Of a stretch of DNA of 64,000 nucleotides, positions 30,363 through 39,937 are shown piece after piece; positions within the stretch are counted from its first letter, which is position 1; every line of letters begins with the position of its first letter. The translations under genes were made by a program, and so were the position numbers. The notes under the pieces are model-generated. The model saw only the letters and a list, made by a program, of their open reading frames with translations. It did no database searches and had not been told where the DNA came from. Source of the DNA: a virus (taxonomy: Duplodnaviria; Heunggongvirae; Uroviricota; Caudoviricetes); IMG/VR virus record IMGVR_UViG_3300037067_019759; one strand, given 5' to 3'.

Positions 30363-31112
30363 ATGGTTACACTTAAATGTAAAAGATGTGGTAAAGAAAT
30401 AATAACTTATGAATGGTTAAAAAATAGAAAAAAATATTGTTCTAAAAAATGTCAAAAGGTTATTAAAATTAAAAAACAATGTATCATATGTAATAAAATT
30501 TTTGAGGTATATAAATATAGAGAAAATACGGCGAAATTTTGCTCTGATAAATGTCATCGTAAATATAATAAAGGTAAAAAAGCAGTATGGTATGGAAAAC
30601 ATCATTCTGAAAAAACGAAAGAAAAAATAAGTAAAGCAAATAAAGGAAAAAAATGTTCAGAAGAGCAAAGAAAAAAAATGAGTAAAATACAAAAAAATAG
30701 AAAACATTTACCTTGTTATGAATCAACAAAAATAAAAATAGGATTAGCAAATAAAGGAAAAAATAATGGGCAATGGAAAGGAGGAATAACTCCTTTAAGA
30801 GTAACAATTTGGCAAAATATTAAATCAAAAGAATGGCGTTTATCAGTATACGAACGAGACAAATTTACCTGCCAAATGCCAAATTGTGATAGAACAGAAA
30901 CATTTTTAAATGCACATCATATAAAAGAATTTTCTAAAATTTTAGAAGAGTATAATATAAAAACTATAGAAGATGCAATTGATTGTGAGAAACTATGGGA
31001 TATAAATAATGGTATAACTCTCTGTAAAAAATGCCATGGACTAACAAAAATGAGAGAAGAACAATACGCCTCTTTATTCCAAGAAATAGTAAAACTAAAT
31101 TCAATAATATAA
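30363..31112 (+). CDS. HNH homing endonuclease with NUMOD3 repeats. The listed ORF begins at TTG 30351; ATG is at 30363.
   Basis: SKANKGKKCSEEQRKKMSKIQ / GLANKGKNNGQWKGGITP. C-terminal NAHHIKEFSK...NGITLCKKCHG. Preceded by the covarying two-stem element. Confidence 0.65.
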   Translation: MVTLKCKRCGKEIITYEWLKNRKKYCSKKCQKVIKIKKQCIICNKIFEVYKYRENTAKFCSDKCHRKYNKGKKAVWYGKHHSEKTKEKISKANKGKKCSEEQRKKMSKIQKNRKHLPCYESTKIKIGLANKGKNNGQWKGGITPLRVTIWQNIKSKEWRLSVYERDKFTCQMPNCDRTETFLNAHHIKEFSKILEEYNIKTIEDAIDCEKLWDINNGITLCKKCHGLTKMREEQYASLFQEIVKLNSII

Positions 31113-31116
31113 CAAT

Positions 31117-32925
31117 ATGTCTGCAACAACAACAATACAGGATCACATGCAAAAATCGAAAGCTTTCGCTATACGATCTATTATGGGAGACCAAAAACTT
31201 TCCCGCGTGTTGAGCGATGCCGTAAACGCTCCAGCCGGGTCTTTGAAAAAAGCAAAAGCCAAAGCAATTCTTGAATCTTTCTCTAATGCGCATAAAAATT
31301 ATTTGGCGAGTAAGGTGGTAGAGGATGGCAAGGGAGGCGTTGGATTACCGGCAAGTACGGGGTTTAGTATGAATAATGCGCCATTTGCGAAATATGCTCC
31401 GACCGGGTTTAGTTTATTGCCGTACCAACAGAATAAGACACCACAAGTAAACGCTAGTATTGATTCTTCTACTGGATTATTTAGTATACCATCTACAACT
31501 ACTTCAACCCAAACATCTGCTCCGTCGTTAACAAGCGCTCCATCTAGTGTTACCAATCTAGGATATAGTATTAATCCCTCTACTGGTTTGATGGAAAAGT
31601 CAGGATTTCAACTGCCAAAAACGCCAACCTCTGCGACTGTCACTAAACCGACCGCTCCGACCGCGCCTACTTCTGTCGTGTCTGCCACACCAATTGTCCC
31701 GACAGCAACTCCTACTACGCCGATTGCACCTAAAAATATTGAAACTCCAGAGGCAAAAGATTTTTCTACTTTAAATAATATAAAGTCTAGTTTTGGCGAT
31801 AGTTATTTTGAATCGTTTGTAAGTTCTTTAAGCGACTCAGAAAAAGAAAGATTATCGCCAGTAATAGAATCTATCAGATTGGGTGAAGGTGAATCAACTT
31901 TTGTTACTAAAATTCTTAATGATAAAACACAATTAGCCAAAATTTTAGGTACGCCGTTAGAAGTAGTAAATAATTTTCCCACCGGTTTACTCTCAAAAAA
32001 TTTAGGAGAACTTCAAGACACGGTAAAACAAAAATATAAACTCGATGAACAATTAGATAATATTACTAATCTTACCAACCAAAATGTTTCCGTTAAATCT
32101 GATTTAGAGCATTATATTAGAATACAGGATACTTATCTATCAGCGATTGATAAATTATTGAACGATTTTGAATATAATCGCAGTTATCAAGATGAGTCAA
32201 ACCCGAACACAAAATTACGTAATGATAATTATGCCTCGTATTTAAATTTGCTTAAAAATCGCCAAAATTCTCGATATGTCAATTACCTCGATACAGCCGT
32301 AACAACACAAAATAATAAATTAGAACGCGCACAAAATACTTATAATGCTATATTAGGACAAGCGGAGAAAGAATATACAAAACAAGCGGCGATTACGGAA
32401 GAGTCGTACAAAACGGTGAGTAATATGTTATCAGATTTATTTAAAAATGTGGCTGGACGTAGTGATGATTTGAGACAGCTGGAGACGTATGAATTAAGCA
32501 AAACAAAAACTTTGCAAAACATGGTAGATGATTTTAAGAAAAAACAAGATACGGAAACTTATAGTTATAGTAATGTTAAACAAATATTAGAATCATCAAG
32601 AGGGGATGATTTTGGCTCGATTATAAATCCTAACAATATTCCAAAACAGGGTTATGTTGATACTGGTATATATAAAGAATATCGTGATAAAGCAAGCGAC
32701 AAAACGAGTTTCGATAAAAATTTCAGTTATCTCCTTAATCCTAACGATACTACGGCACAAGCATTTATTAAAGAATCAAATTCTGATTTAAGCCAATGGG
32801 AATATGACGCACTCATTTGGCAATGGTTAGCATCTGATGGCAAAGATGCGTCAGACGAAGAAAAATCACAACAAATTAAATCATTAGGCAGAAATCCTGA
32901 ATCTTTTGGAATTTATGGTTATTAA
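31117..32925 (+). CDS. Virion structural protein (unknown role)
   Basis: Large ORF in the structural block. Ser/Thr/Pro-rich linker followed by a helical domain. Confidence 0.4.
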   Translation: MSATTTIQDHMQKSKAFAIRSIMGDQKLSRVLSDAVNAPAGSLKKAKAKAILESFSNAHKNYLASKVVEDGKGGVGLPASTGFSMNNAPFAKYAPTGFSLLPYQQNKTPQVNASIDSSTGLFSIPSTTTSTQTSAPSLTSAPSSVTNLGYSINPSTGLMEKSGFQLPKTPTSATVTKPTAPTAPTSVVSATPIVPTATPTTPIAPKNIETPEAKDFSTLNNIKSSFGDSYFESFVSSLSDSEKERLSPVIESIRLGEGESTFVTKILNDKTQLAKILGTPLEVVNNFPTGLLSKNLGELQDTVKQKYKLDEQLDNITNLTNQNVSVKSDLEHYIRIQDTYLSAIDKLLNDFEYNRSYQDESNPNTKLRNDNYASYLNLLKNRQNSRYVNYLDTAVTTQNNKLERAQNTYNAILGQAEKEYTKQAAITEESYKTVSNMLSDLFKNVAGRSDDLRQLETYELSKTKTLQNMVDDFKKKQDTETYSYSNVKQILESSRGDDFGSIINPNNIPKQGYVDTGIYKEYRDKASDKTSFDKNFSYLLNPNDTTAQAFIKESNSDLSQWEYDALIWQWLASDGKDASDEEKSQQIKSLGRNPESFGIYGY

Positions 32926-32929
32926 ATAA

Positions 32930-35572
32930 ATGGCAAAATCACTTCAACAATTTATACAAGATAAAGGATTAAAAACTCCAAATATTGGCGTTACTTTGCC
33001 AACTGTTTCTACTAAGGTGACTACTCCCATTGCTACTATTGATAAAGTAACTCCTTTAGACGTTATAAAAGAAATGCCCGCGACAGCTGGCAAAGGGTTA
33101 AGATGGATAGGCAGTCAACTCATGAAACCAGTTTCTACGGTAGCAGTAACGACTGAACAGGTAGGGAAAGCAATTGGTACGGGTGATGTTAGCCAATTAG
33201 GTCAAATCCCTAGTAAGATTGGTAATATTTTAACCGGTAAAACGACTAGAAGTTTTTCTGATATTTGGCGTGAAAGTTTACCTAATCATCCTACTGCTGG
33301 CACTGTTATCGGGACAGTTATTGATATTGCCGCTGATCCATTAAATTTTACTGGAGGCGCTTTATGGAAAGGAACGCAATTAGCGGGCAAAGGATTAACT
33401 AAAATACCTGGTGTCCAAGGAGCGATAGATTTAACTAAACCTCTTTTTTCTACTGCTACAAAAAATAAAGAGTTTGATTTAATGATACAACATTTTAGAG
33501 ATTTAGGAGATTATCGGAGGGCAGATATTATAGAACAATCTAAAAATGTTCAAAAAGAAGTAGCAAAACTAAAACCAAATGAGATAATTGAAGTTTCCAA
33601 TAAAATAGAAAAAGGAATAAAAAGTAATAATGAAATTATTAATACTTTAGCTGACAAATTAAAAAATACATATAAAAATTGGAAAACAGTAGAAAAAGAA
33701 TTGGGAATTAAAGGTGGTGAATTGGCGCAATATGCGCCACATGTTTCCACCTCTAAATTAGAAGGAGGCAAAGGACTATTAGGAACAATAAAAGAATTCA
33801 CTAGTAAATTAGGCGGGGCGGAAAAGAAGAGAACTATATTGAAATTTGTAGCTGATGATGGAGAAGAATTAATAGGTAAATTTGGAACGTTAGGATTAAG
33901 AGAAGTAAAAGATGGGTTTAAAGATAAGACAGGAAAATTATTTAAACCAGAACAGGCATCAATTGACGAAATTAATAAAGCGTTTGAGACTAAATTTTTT
34001 GAAGAAAATCCATCTATCCAAATGGCTTATCGCGGATTAGGACATGTAAAAGCGGTTACAGGAAAAGAATTTTTTGAAGGAGTAAAAAAATTTGCTAATG
34101 ATAGTTTAGGTACTGTTGCTTCTACCGCTCCTGATTTAAAAGGTTTGAAATTTGAGCCGGATGTAGCAAGGGCAATAGATACTTATTACCAAAGTATTCA
34201 ACCTGAAGAAATAAATGCTTTATTTAAAACATACGATTCAGTGTTAAATTGGTGGAAAGCCCAGGCTCTCCTTGGCCCAAGTTATCATACTCGTAATTTT
34301 GTATCCAATATTTGGAATAATTTTTTAGCTGGCGTGAAGAGTCCAATAGAATATATCCAAGCTGGTATGCTACAAAAAGGTGGTAAGTTAAATATTACTG
34401 ATAAAACTGGTAAAGTATGGGCTGAAAAAGGATTAATTGATTCTGCTAAAAGAACAGGTGTAATAAACGAGGGTTGGTATGCGAAAGATATTCCTGAAGC
34501 GCTTGATGTTGAAATGTCAAAAGGAAATTGGAATCCGCTTTCTCGTAAATTTGTAGGATTTAAATTAAATAAACAAATTGGATCAGCCGTAGAAAATAAT
34601 GCTCGGCTAGCTTTATTTTTAAAAGAGATCAAAGATGGAAAATCAATAGACCAAGCGGCAATGACCGTAAAAAAATATCTTTTTGATTATGGAAATTTAA
34701 CTAAATATGAACAAAGTATATTAAAAAGAGTATTCCCATTTTATACATGGTCTAGATTTAATGTACCTCTTCAGCTTGAAAATTTAATTAGACAACCCGG
34801 AAAATACGCCGGATTGGAGAAAGTAATTGGTGCGGTAGAAAAAATAACGATGGGTGATAATAAACCAGCTAATGAAAAATATTTGTCTGATTATATAAAG
34901 AACAACACGGCGATGCGCGTAGGATATAATGACAAAGAAAAAACTTATTATTATTTTTTGCTTGGTAATTGGATGCCTGGATATCAAATGATGGACTTTT
35001 TATCACAGCCAGCAACTAATTTAATGCAATCCATGACTCCGATTATAAAAACTCCAATAGAAATGTTGTCTAATAAATCAAGATTTTTTAAGGATACTTT
35101 AGGAGAATACGATACTATAGAAAATTATCCGGGAGAAACAACCAATTTTTTAGGTTTTAATATGTCTAAAAAGACGGCGACTGTATTAAGAAATATTAGA
35201 ATTTTAAACGAATTAGACAAATTAAACCCAGGCAAGATATTTGGCGGTAAACAAGGAGAATCTAGTATTTGGGCAAAAGCTAAAATACCAGCAGTTGAAA
35301 TACCTAAGTTAGGATCTATTTCTCCAGCAATGGAAAAATATCGTAAAACAGAACCAGCTCCTCCCATTTCTGCCAGAACTAGTAATTTATTTTTAGGAAA
35401 ATTACAATCTTATAAAGAAGCATCTTCTAGAGATTACTATCAACAAGATACAGATAGAAGAGTTGAGGAATACAAAAGACAAATAAAAGCTTCCGCTAAA
35501 AAAGGAGATAAAGAAAGAGTAAAATTACTTAATAAACAATTAAGAGATTTTATTAAAGAAAGAGGACGTTAA
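32930..35572 (+). CDS. Large virion protein (portal or other structural candidate; uncertain)
   Basis: 880-aa ORF ending the plus-strand block. No diagnostic motif recognised. Confidence 0.35.
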   Translation: MAKSLQQFIQDKGLKTPNIGVTLPTVSTKVTTPIATIDKVTPLDVIKEMPATAGKGLRWIGSQLMKPVSTVAVTTEQVGKAIGTGDVSQLGQIPSKIGNILTGKTTRSFSDIWRESLPNHPTAGTVIGTVIDIAADPLNFTGGALWKGTQLAGKGLTKIPGVQGAIDLTKPLFSTATKNKEFDLMIQHFRDLGDYRRADIIEQSKNVQKEVAKLKPNEIIEVSNKIEKGIKSNNEIINTLADKLKNTYKNWKTVEKELGIKGGELAQYAPHVSTSKLEGGKGLLGTIKEFTSKLGGAEKKRTILKFVADDGEELIGKFGTLGLREVKDGFKDKTGKLFKPEQASIDEINKAFETKFFEENPSIQMAYRGLGHVKAVTGKEFFEGVKKFANDSLGTVASTAPDLKGLKFEPDVARAIDTYYQSIQPEEINALFKTYDSVLNWWKAQALLGPSYHTRNFVSNIWNNFLAGVKSPIEYIQAGMLQKGGKLNITDKTGKVWAEKGLIDSAKRTGVINEGWYAKDIPEALDVEMSKGNWNPLSRKFVGFKLNKQIGSAVENNARLALFLKEIKDGKSIDQAAMTVKKYLFDYGNLTKYEQSILKRVFPFYTWSRFNVPLQLENLIRQPGKYAGLEKVIGAVEKITMGDNKPANEKYLSDYIKNNTAMRVGYNDKEKTYYYFLLGNWMPGYQMMDFLSQPATNLMQSMTPIIKTPIEMLSNKSRFFKDTLGEYDTIENYPGETTNFLGFNMSKKTATVLRNIRILNELDKLNPGKIFGGKQGESSIWAKAKIPAVEIPKLGSISPAMEKYRKTEPAPPISARTSNLFLGKLQSYKEASSRDYYQQDTDRRVEEYKRQIKASAKKGDKERVKLLNKQLRDFIKERGR

Positions 35573-35742
35573 TTGCATCCTCCCATATAGTTCGGTTCGC
35601 ATTGATAACTATCTTTTGGAATATTATAATTAGTATCGTAAGATACTGTATCTTTTGTTGAATACCAAAAAATTAAAGAGGTACAAATAAAACCTATTAT
35701 AATTCCTAAAAAAATTGAATTAGGGTCTAATTCTTTTGTCAT
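35570..35742 (-). CDS. Small membrane peptide (holin-like candidate), about 57 aa. Not in the ORF table because it is under 60 aa.
   Basis: Translation MTKELDPNSIFLGIIIGFICTSLIFWYS... has one clear TM helix. Located at the strand-switch next to another membrane protein. Confidence 0.25.
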
Positions 35743-35751
35743 ATATTTTAA

Positions 35752-36297
35752 TTATTTATTCATTCCTACTCCAGTAATAACAGATGCTATTAATGTTATA
35801 AATATAGCAAACATTACTATTAGAAATATTTCTATTAAACCACTAACAAAAGCTGGAAATAAATAAAATAAATATTTAACTAAAAAATAAAATCCTATAA
35901 GGATTAAAATACCAATAGAGGAAACCCAACCTCCATTTTTTTTATCATTAATCCAATTTAATGATTTATCAAATTTATCCATTATTTTTTCTTTTAAATT
36001 ACGGATGAGTGGATCGTCTAAAACATCGTGTCCTTCACGTACTCCCAATAGAGTATATCCCGTTTTATTAACCCAGCCTCTGCCAGTGGAATTAAGCGTG
36101 AAAGTAAAAGTTTTAGATTTTTTATATTCATAAATTGTAATCATCAAAAATCCATAAAAATAAGTAAATACAAAATTACCTATAAAAAATCCTATTTCAT
36201 CTCCTTCTCCCATGGTATCGTTTAAATATTCTAATAATAATACAAAAATTGCTGTTGTTAGAAAATAAGCGATAGTTTGTTTTGTTTTTTTTGTCAT
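35752..36297 (-). CDS. Membrane protein carrying an embedded 33-aa segment identical to fibre protein 11548
   Basis: Hydrophobic N- and C-terminal helices. The central FTFTLNSTGRGWVNKTGYTLLGVREGHDVLDDP is encoded by a 99-bp exact inverted copy of 12356-12454. Confidence 0.3.
   Translation of the reverse strand: MTKKTKQTIAYFLTTAIFVLLLEYLNDTMGEGDEIGFFIGNFVFTYFYGFLMITIYEYKKSKTFTFTLNSTGRGWVNKTGYTLLGVREGHDVLDDPLIRNLKEKIMDKFDKSLNWINDKKNGGWVSSIGILILIGFYFLVKYLFYLFPAFVSGLIEIFLIVMFAIFITLIASVITGVGMNK
36009..36107 (-). repeat. Inverted exact copy of 12356-12454 embedded in membrane-protein ORF 35752-36297
   Basis: See partner feature. Confidence 0.7.
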
Positions 36298-36302
36298 ATA
36301 AT

Positions 36303-36917
36303 TTATTTTTCTTTATAAGCAAATTTACCATAATATTTTTGTTCAGCTTCTTTACGAGCATTAATAGCATCTTGTTCTTCTTTGAAATAACCTAAATTAA
36401 CTTTTATACTATTTATTTGAATATATGTTTCCCATCTTTTATATTGTTTATTCCAACAATATCCTTTACATTTTTTGTTCATTGAATTTTGTTGATGCGT
36501 AACAAATCTTAAATTACTTTTTCTATTATCTAAAGTATTTCCAAAACTATGGTCTACTTCATATCCTTTGGGTGGATTTCCAAATATTAAATGATGTAAA
36601 AAATATTTTTTTTTATTAATCGTTGTAATTATATATTTTTTACCTTTTTTTGCTCTTATCCCCCATTTATATCCCTTAATTTTCTCCAAGTCTTCTTTAT
36701 CTATCAATGCTCTTGCAACTTCTATTTGTTCCCCACTACCTTGATATAAACAAATCTCATAATAATCACCGCAGTCTATAATTTCATTAGGATCATATCT
36801 TGTTCTTTTTAATATTTTTCCATAAGTACGAAATTGTAAATAATGTCTTCCGCAGTATCCTTTTTCAAAATATTTATTTTCACAATTATCAACTTTACAT
36901 TTTTTTCCTTCTAACAT
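36303..36917 (-). CDS. HNH-AP2 homing endonuclease
   Basis: CKVDNCENKYFEKGYCGRHY zinc motif. HHLIFG...YEVDHSFGNTLDNRKSNLRFVTHQQN (HNH_3). C-terminal WETYIQINSIKVNLGYFKEEQDAINARKEAEQKYYG (AP2 fold). Confidence 0.6.
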   Translation of the reverse strand: MLEGKKCKVDNCENKYFEKGYCGRHYLQFRTYGKILKRTRYDPNEIIDCGDYYEICLYQGSGEQIEVARALIDKEDLEKIKGYKWGIRAKKGKKYIITTINKKKYFLHHLIFGNPPKGYEVDHSFGNTLDNRKSNLRFVTHQQNSMNKKCKGYCWNKQYKRWETYIQINSIKVNLGYFKEEQDAINARKEAEQKYYGKFAYKEK

Positions 36918-37043
36918 AAATTTTATAAATAAAAGCCCAGAATCTATTAGTAACCTGTTGAGAAAACTAATAGAATATCCGGGTTTTTATTTCAACAGGT
37001 TAATTAACTCCTTCCATTATATCATACTTTTATTATTTGTCAA
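36918..37043 (-). promoter_or_regulatory. Promoter (TTGACA-16-TATAAT) plus 5'-UTR pseudoknot cassette upstream of HNH-AP2 gene 36303-36917
   Basis: Minus strand: -35 at 37038-37043, -10 at 37016-37021. Stem 1 is 36993-36999 with 36954-36960 (CCTGTTG/CAACAGG). Stem 2 is 36977-36992 with 36927-36940. The two stems are interleaved. Confidence 0.5.
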
Positions 37044-37203
37044 TACTTACGCTAATCCTTCCCTCGCAAAGGGCAACGTCATCGGCTTTGCTAGATATTT
37101 CCTGCATTATATTTCAAATGCTATCGGTTTTTACGCCTAATATCCGCCATGGCTTGGCCGAGAGGAGATCCAAAGACCTCACGTTGCCCTATGCCAAGAA
37201 ATA

Positions 37204-37461
37204 TTATTCCTTACGTTCTTCATCTTTATAACCACAATGGGGGCATTTCCAATTATTCCATAAATCCTTACTTTTCTTCGGCACGAAATCTAATTTTGTC
37301 TTTTCACCGCATTTACTGCAAATAACTTCTGGTAAATTTAATCTTCCTTCCTTTAGTGCCTTGTTATAATTATCTTTATAACACTTCATTGTACAAAATT
37401 TTTTTCTATTGCGGATAGTATAAAACTTTTGGCCGCAGCCTAAACATAGTTTGGTGTGCAT
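37204..37461 (-). CDS. Small zinc-ribbon protein
   Basis: CLGCGQKF...CSKCGEKT...CPHCG. Three CxxC pairs. Confidence 0.4.
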   Translation of the reverse strand: MHTKLCLGCGQKFYTIRNRKKFCTMKCYKDNYNKALKEGRLNLPEVICSKCGEKTKLDFVPKKSKDLWNNWKCPHCGYKDEERKE

Positions 37462-37565
37462 GGTACCTCCTATGGTTAATTTAATATAATTTTAATAATA
37501 ATAACAGATACTATTATCGCCGTTAATAATATGGCGAGTATGATGATGGGATCGGTTTGCCACAT

Positions 37566-37931
37566 TTAGATACCGGCACTGTTACTAAGCTCCGCCAATA
37601 ATCCACGTTGTAGAAATTTTAATGAACCAATATACATCTCAATATTTGAAAGTTCACCTTTTGCGATAGCAGATTCTCTATATTGGTCGGTATCTCTAAT
37701 AAGAATATCACATTTAGCTACGCTTATAGGTTTTAAAGTTGATTCATCGATTGAATTGGCAGTTTCCACATAGCGTTTATTAAGTTTTTCTTCTTTAGAG
37801 ATTACGATTAAATTAGCATCGGCATAATATTGGGCAAGTCTGCAAATCAATATTCCTACATCCTCCGGACTAATGGCTGTTTTTTTATAATTATTTACGA
37901 ATTCATTAAATTCTTCTTGGTACGTTGGCAT
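37566..37931 (-). CDS. Hypothetical protein
   Basis: ORF only. Confidence 0.3.
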   Translation of the reverse strand: MPTYQEEFNEFVNNYKKTAISPEDVGILICRLAQYYADANLIVISKEEKLNKRYVETANSIDESTLKPISVAKCDILIRDTDQYRESAIAKGELSNIEMYIGSLKFLQRGLLAELSNSAGI

Positions 37932-37944
37932 AAGATTATTTTAA

Positions 37945-38721
37945 TTAATTATTATTGTTATTAGTATATTCCCCGAAATATGTCTGTTCAGCCTTTTTGC
38001 GAGCATTGATAGCGTCTTGTTCATTGATAAAATATCCTAAAAAAATAGATTTATGGTTTGTTGTTATTCTTACCCTCCATTTATTATTTGATTTATGCCA
38101 AGAATATCCTTTACTTTTGTTATTCATTCCATTTTGACTTCGTGTAGCAAATCTTAAATTTTGTTTTCTATTATCTAAAGTATTATGATTAATATGATCT
38201 ATTTCATACCCTATTAATGGTTTACCTAAAATTAGATGATGTAAAAATAACATTTTTTTTGTGTAAATAGTTTGTATGTTAGTTATTACGTAACCTTTAT
38301 TAAGACCCCATATATATACTTTAACTTTTTCCAAGTCTTCTTTATCTATTAATGCTCTGCCAACCTCTTTATGTTTTACATTATAAAGATAAATTTCATA
38401 ATGATTGTTGCAGTCTATTATTTTATTTTTATCTTTGATTGTTCTTTTTAAAATTTTTTTGTATTTTTTAATTTGTGCATAATGTTTCATGCAATATCCA
38501 CATCTTCCATGATTTTTCCAGTATGAACTTCTATTGCATTCTTCCACCTTACATATTCTATTTTTTCTTTTCTCTTTTTCTTTTGTCCGTTGTTCATCCA
38601 TTATTTTTCCATATTTTTGCATTTGTTGATAATGTTTACAACAATATTTGTTATGTCCATTATCTTTAAATAATGAACTATTTTCACAACTACTTACCTT
38701 ACACTTTTTGTACGTTTCCAT
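37945..38721 (-). CDS. HNH-AP2 homing endonuclease (duplicated N-terminal zinc motif)
   Basis: CKVSSCEN...CCKHY and CKVEECNR...CMKHY. HHLILGKPLIGYEIDHINHNTLDNRKQNLRFATRSQN. C-terminal AP2-like segment. Promoter and pseudoknot leader upstream. Confidence 0.6.
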   Translation of the reverse strand: METYKKCKVSSCENSSLFKDNGHNKYCCKHYQQMQKYGKIMDEQRTKEKEKRKNRICKVEECNRSSYWKNHGRCGYCMKHYAQIKKYKKILKRTIKDKNKIIDCNNHYEIYLYNVKHKEVGRALIDKEDLEKVKVYIWGLNKGYVITNIQTIYTKKMLFLHHLILGKPLIGYEIDHINHNTLDNRKQNLRFATRSQNGMNNKSKGYSWHKSNNKWRVRITTNHKSIFLGYFINEQDAINARKKAEQTYFGEYTNNNNN

Positions 38722-38867
38722 ATACTTTTCCTATAACACAAATCCCATCAACAAGAACAGCTAGTTACCCGCAAAGATAATTGTTGCTATTCTACGTTAA
38801 TGGGATTTGTGTCTTTGCGGGTTATAAATTATATCACCAGTATACCAAAAGTATATTAAGTTGTCAA
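38722..38867 (-). promoter_or_regulatory. Promoter (TTGACA-17-TATACT) plus 5'-UTR pseudoknot upstream of HNH-AP2 gene 37945-38721
   Basis: -35 at 38862-38867, -10 at 38839-38844. Stem 1 is 38813-38821 with 38768-38776 (CCCGCAAAG/CTTTGCGGG). Stem 2 is 38800-38812 with 38746-38758 (ACACAAATCCCAT/ATGGGATTTGTGT). Confidence 0.55.
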
Positions 38868-38871
38868 ATTA

Positions 38872-39201
38872 TTATATCACAATCCAGTCCCCTCCATTCG
38901 TATCACCTTCGCTCACTACCCAATTATAAAATTTATCATCTTCTTTGTGTAACATTAAATATCCGTCTTTCATTAATCCATAAATATTTTTATTACCCCA
39001 TTCCACTTTAGTGACTTTTTTCCCATCAATAACCTCTCGGATAGCAGCACTAAACCCCATTTCTTCGTCAATTAGCACCTCATCGAACTCTTCTTTAACT
39101 ACTTCGGTAGGAAGTACGTCGGATGGCAAAGGACTACGTGAAATTTTGTTTTCCATAGATTTTAATTTAGTTAGTAAATTTTTAAAGTATTCAGTTAACA
39201 T
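38872..39201 (-). CDS. Hypothetical protein
   Basis: ORF only. Confidence 0.3.
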   Translation of the reverse strand: MLTEYFKNLLTKLKSMENKISRSPLPSDVLPTEVVKEEFDEVLIDEEMGFSAAIREVIDGKKVTKVEWGNKNIYGLMKDGYLMLHKEDDKFYNWVVSEGDTNGGDWIVI

Positions 39202-39208
39202 ATGTTAA

Positions 39209-39802
39209 TTAATTGTTTTTATATGCGAATTCGCCGAAATAACGTTGGCGAGCTTCTTGAGCTACTTTGGCGGCGGTTTGTTCATTTTCGAAACGACCTA
39301 AATTAATTTCTTTTTTATTTATTTTTATTCTTACTTGCCAACAATTATTATCCCATTTATATCCTTTACATTTTTTATTCATCCCATTTTGACTTCTAGT
39401 GGCAAATCTTAAATTTTTTTTTCGGTTGTCAAATTTGTCATGGTTAATATGATCTATTTCATATCCTTCTTTTTTTCCTAAAATTAATTGATGTAGTTTT
39501 GTAGTATAATTTTTTTTTCTTGTAGATACGTAACCTCTACTTAAATACCACTTATATCCTTTAATTTTTTCTAAATCTTCTTTATCTATTAATGTTCTGC
39601 CAACTTCTTCATGTTTTCTATTATATAGACAAATCTCATAATAATCATCACAGTCTATAATTTCATTTGGATCAAACATTGTTCTTTCTAAAATTTTTCC
39701 ATGTTGTTTTATTTGTTGATAATGTTTACAACAATATCCTTTTTTTAAATATTTTTGTTTTTTTCCACAATTAGTTACCTTACATTTTTTAAACGTCTCC
39801 AT
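39209..39802 (-). CDS. HNH-AP2 homing endonuclease
   Basis: CKVTNCGKK...CCKHY. LHQLILGKKEGYEIDHINHDKFDNRKKNLRFATRSQN. AP2-like C-terminus. Promoter and pseudoknot leader. Confidence 0.6.
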   Translation of the reverse strand: METFKKCKVTNCGKKQKYLKKGYCCKHYQQIKQHGKILERTMFDPNEIIDCDDYYEICLYNRKHEEVGRTLIDKEDLEKIKGYKWYLSRGYVSTRKKNYTTKLHQLILGKKEGYEIDHINHDKFDNRKKNLRFATRSQNGMNKKCKGYKWDNNCWQVRIKINKKEINLGRFENEQTAAKVAQEARQRYFGEFAYKNN

Positions 39803-39937
39803 ATACTTTTGTCCTCAACACAAAACCCAGTCTCCTAACAGCCAACCTTCAGAGAAAGCCGTTATTTAACTGGGTTTTGTGTCTGAAGGTTAATTAAATT
39901 ATGAACCCAGTATACCAAAAGTATTTTAAGTTGTCAA
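39803..39937 (-). promoter_or_regulatory. Promoter plus 5'-UTR pseudoknot upstream of HNH-AP2 gene 39209-39802
   Basis: -35 at 39932-39937, -10 at 39909-39914. Stem 1 is 39883-39889 with 39846-39852 (CCTTCAG/CTGAAGG). Stem 2 is 39870-39882 with 39818-39830. Confidence 0.55.

Noticed and set aside
12356-36107. Diversity-generating retroelement (template/variable repeat pair targeting a fibre gene)
   Set aside because: The two 99-bp copies are 100% identical with no adenine-specific substitutions. No reverse transcriptase or Avd-like gene is seen in the window.
36958-37231. Plus-strand ORFs 36958-37140 and 37037-37231 as genes
   Set aside because: They overlap the promoter and pseudoknot leader of the minus-strand HNH-AP2 gene and a structured GC-rich spacer. 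There is no start context.
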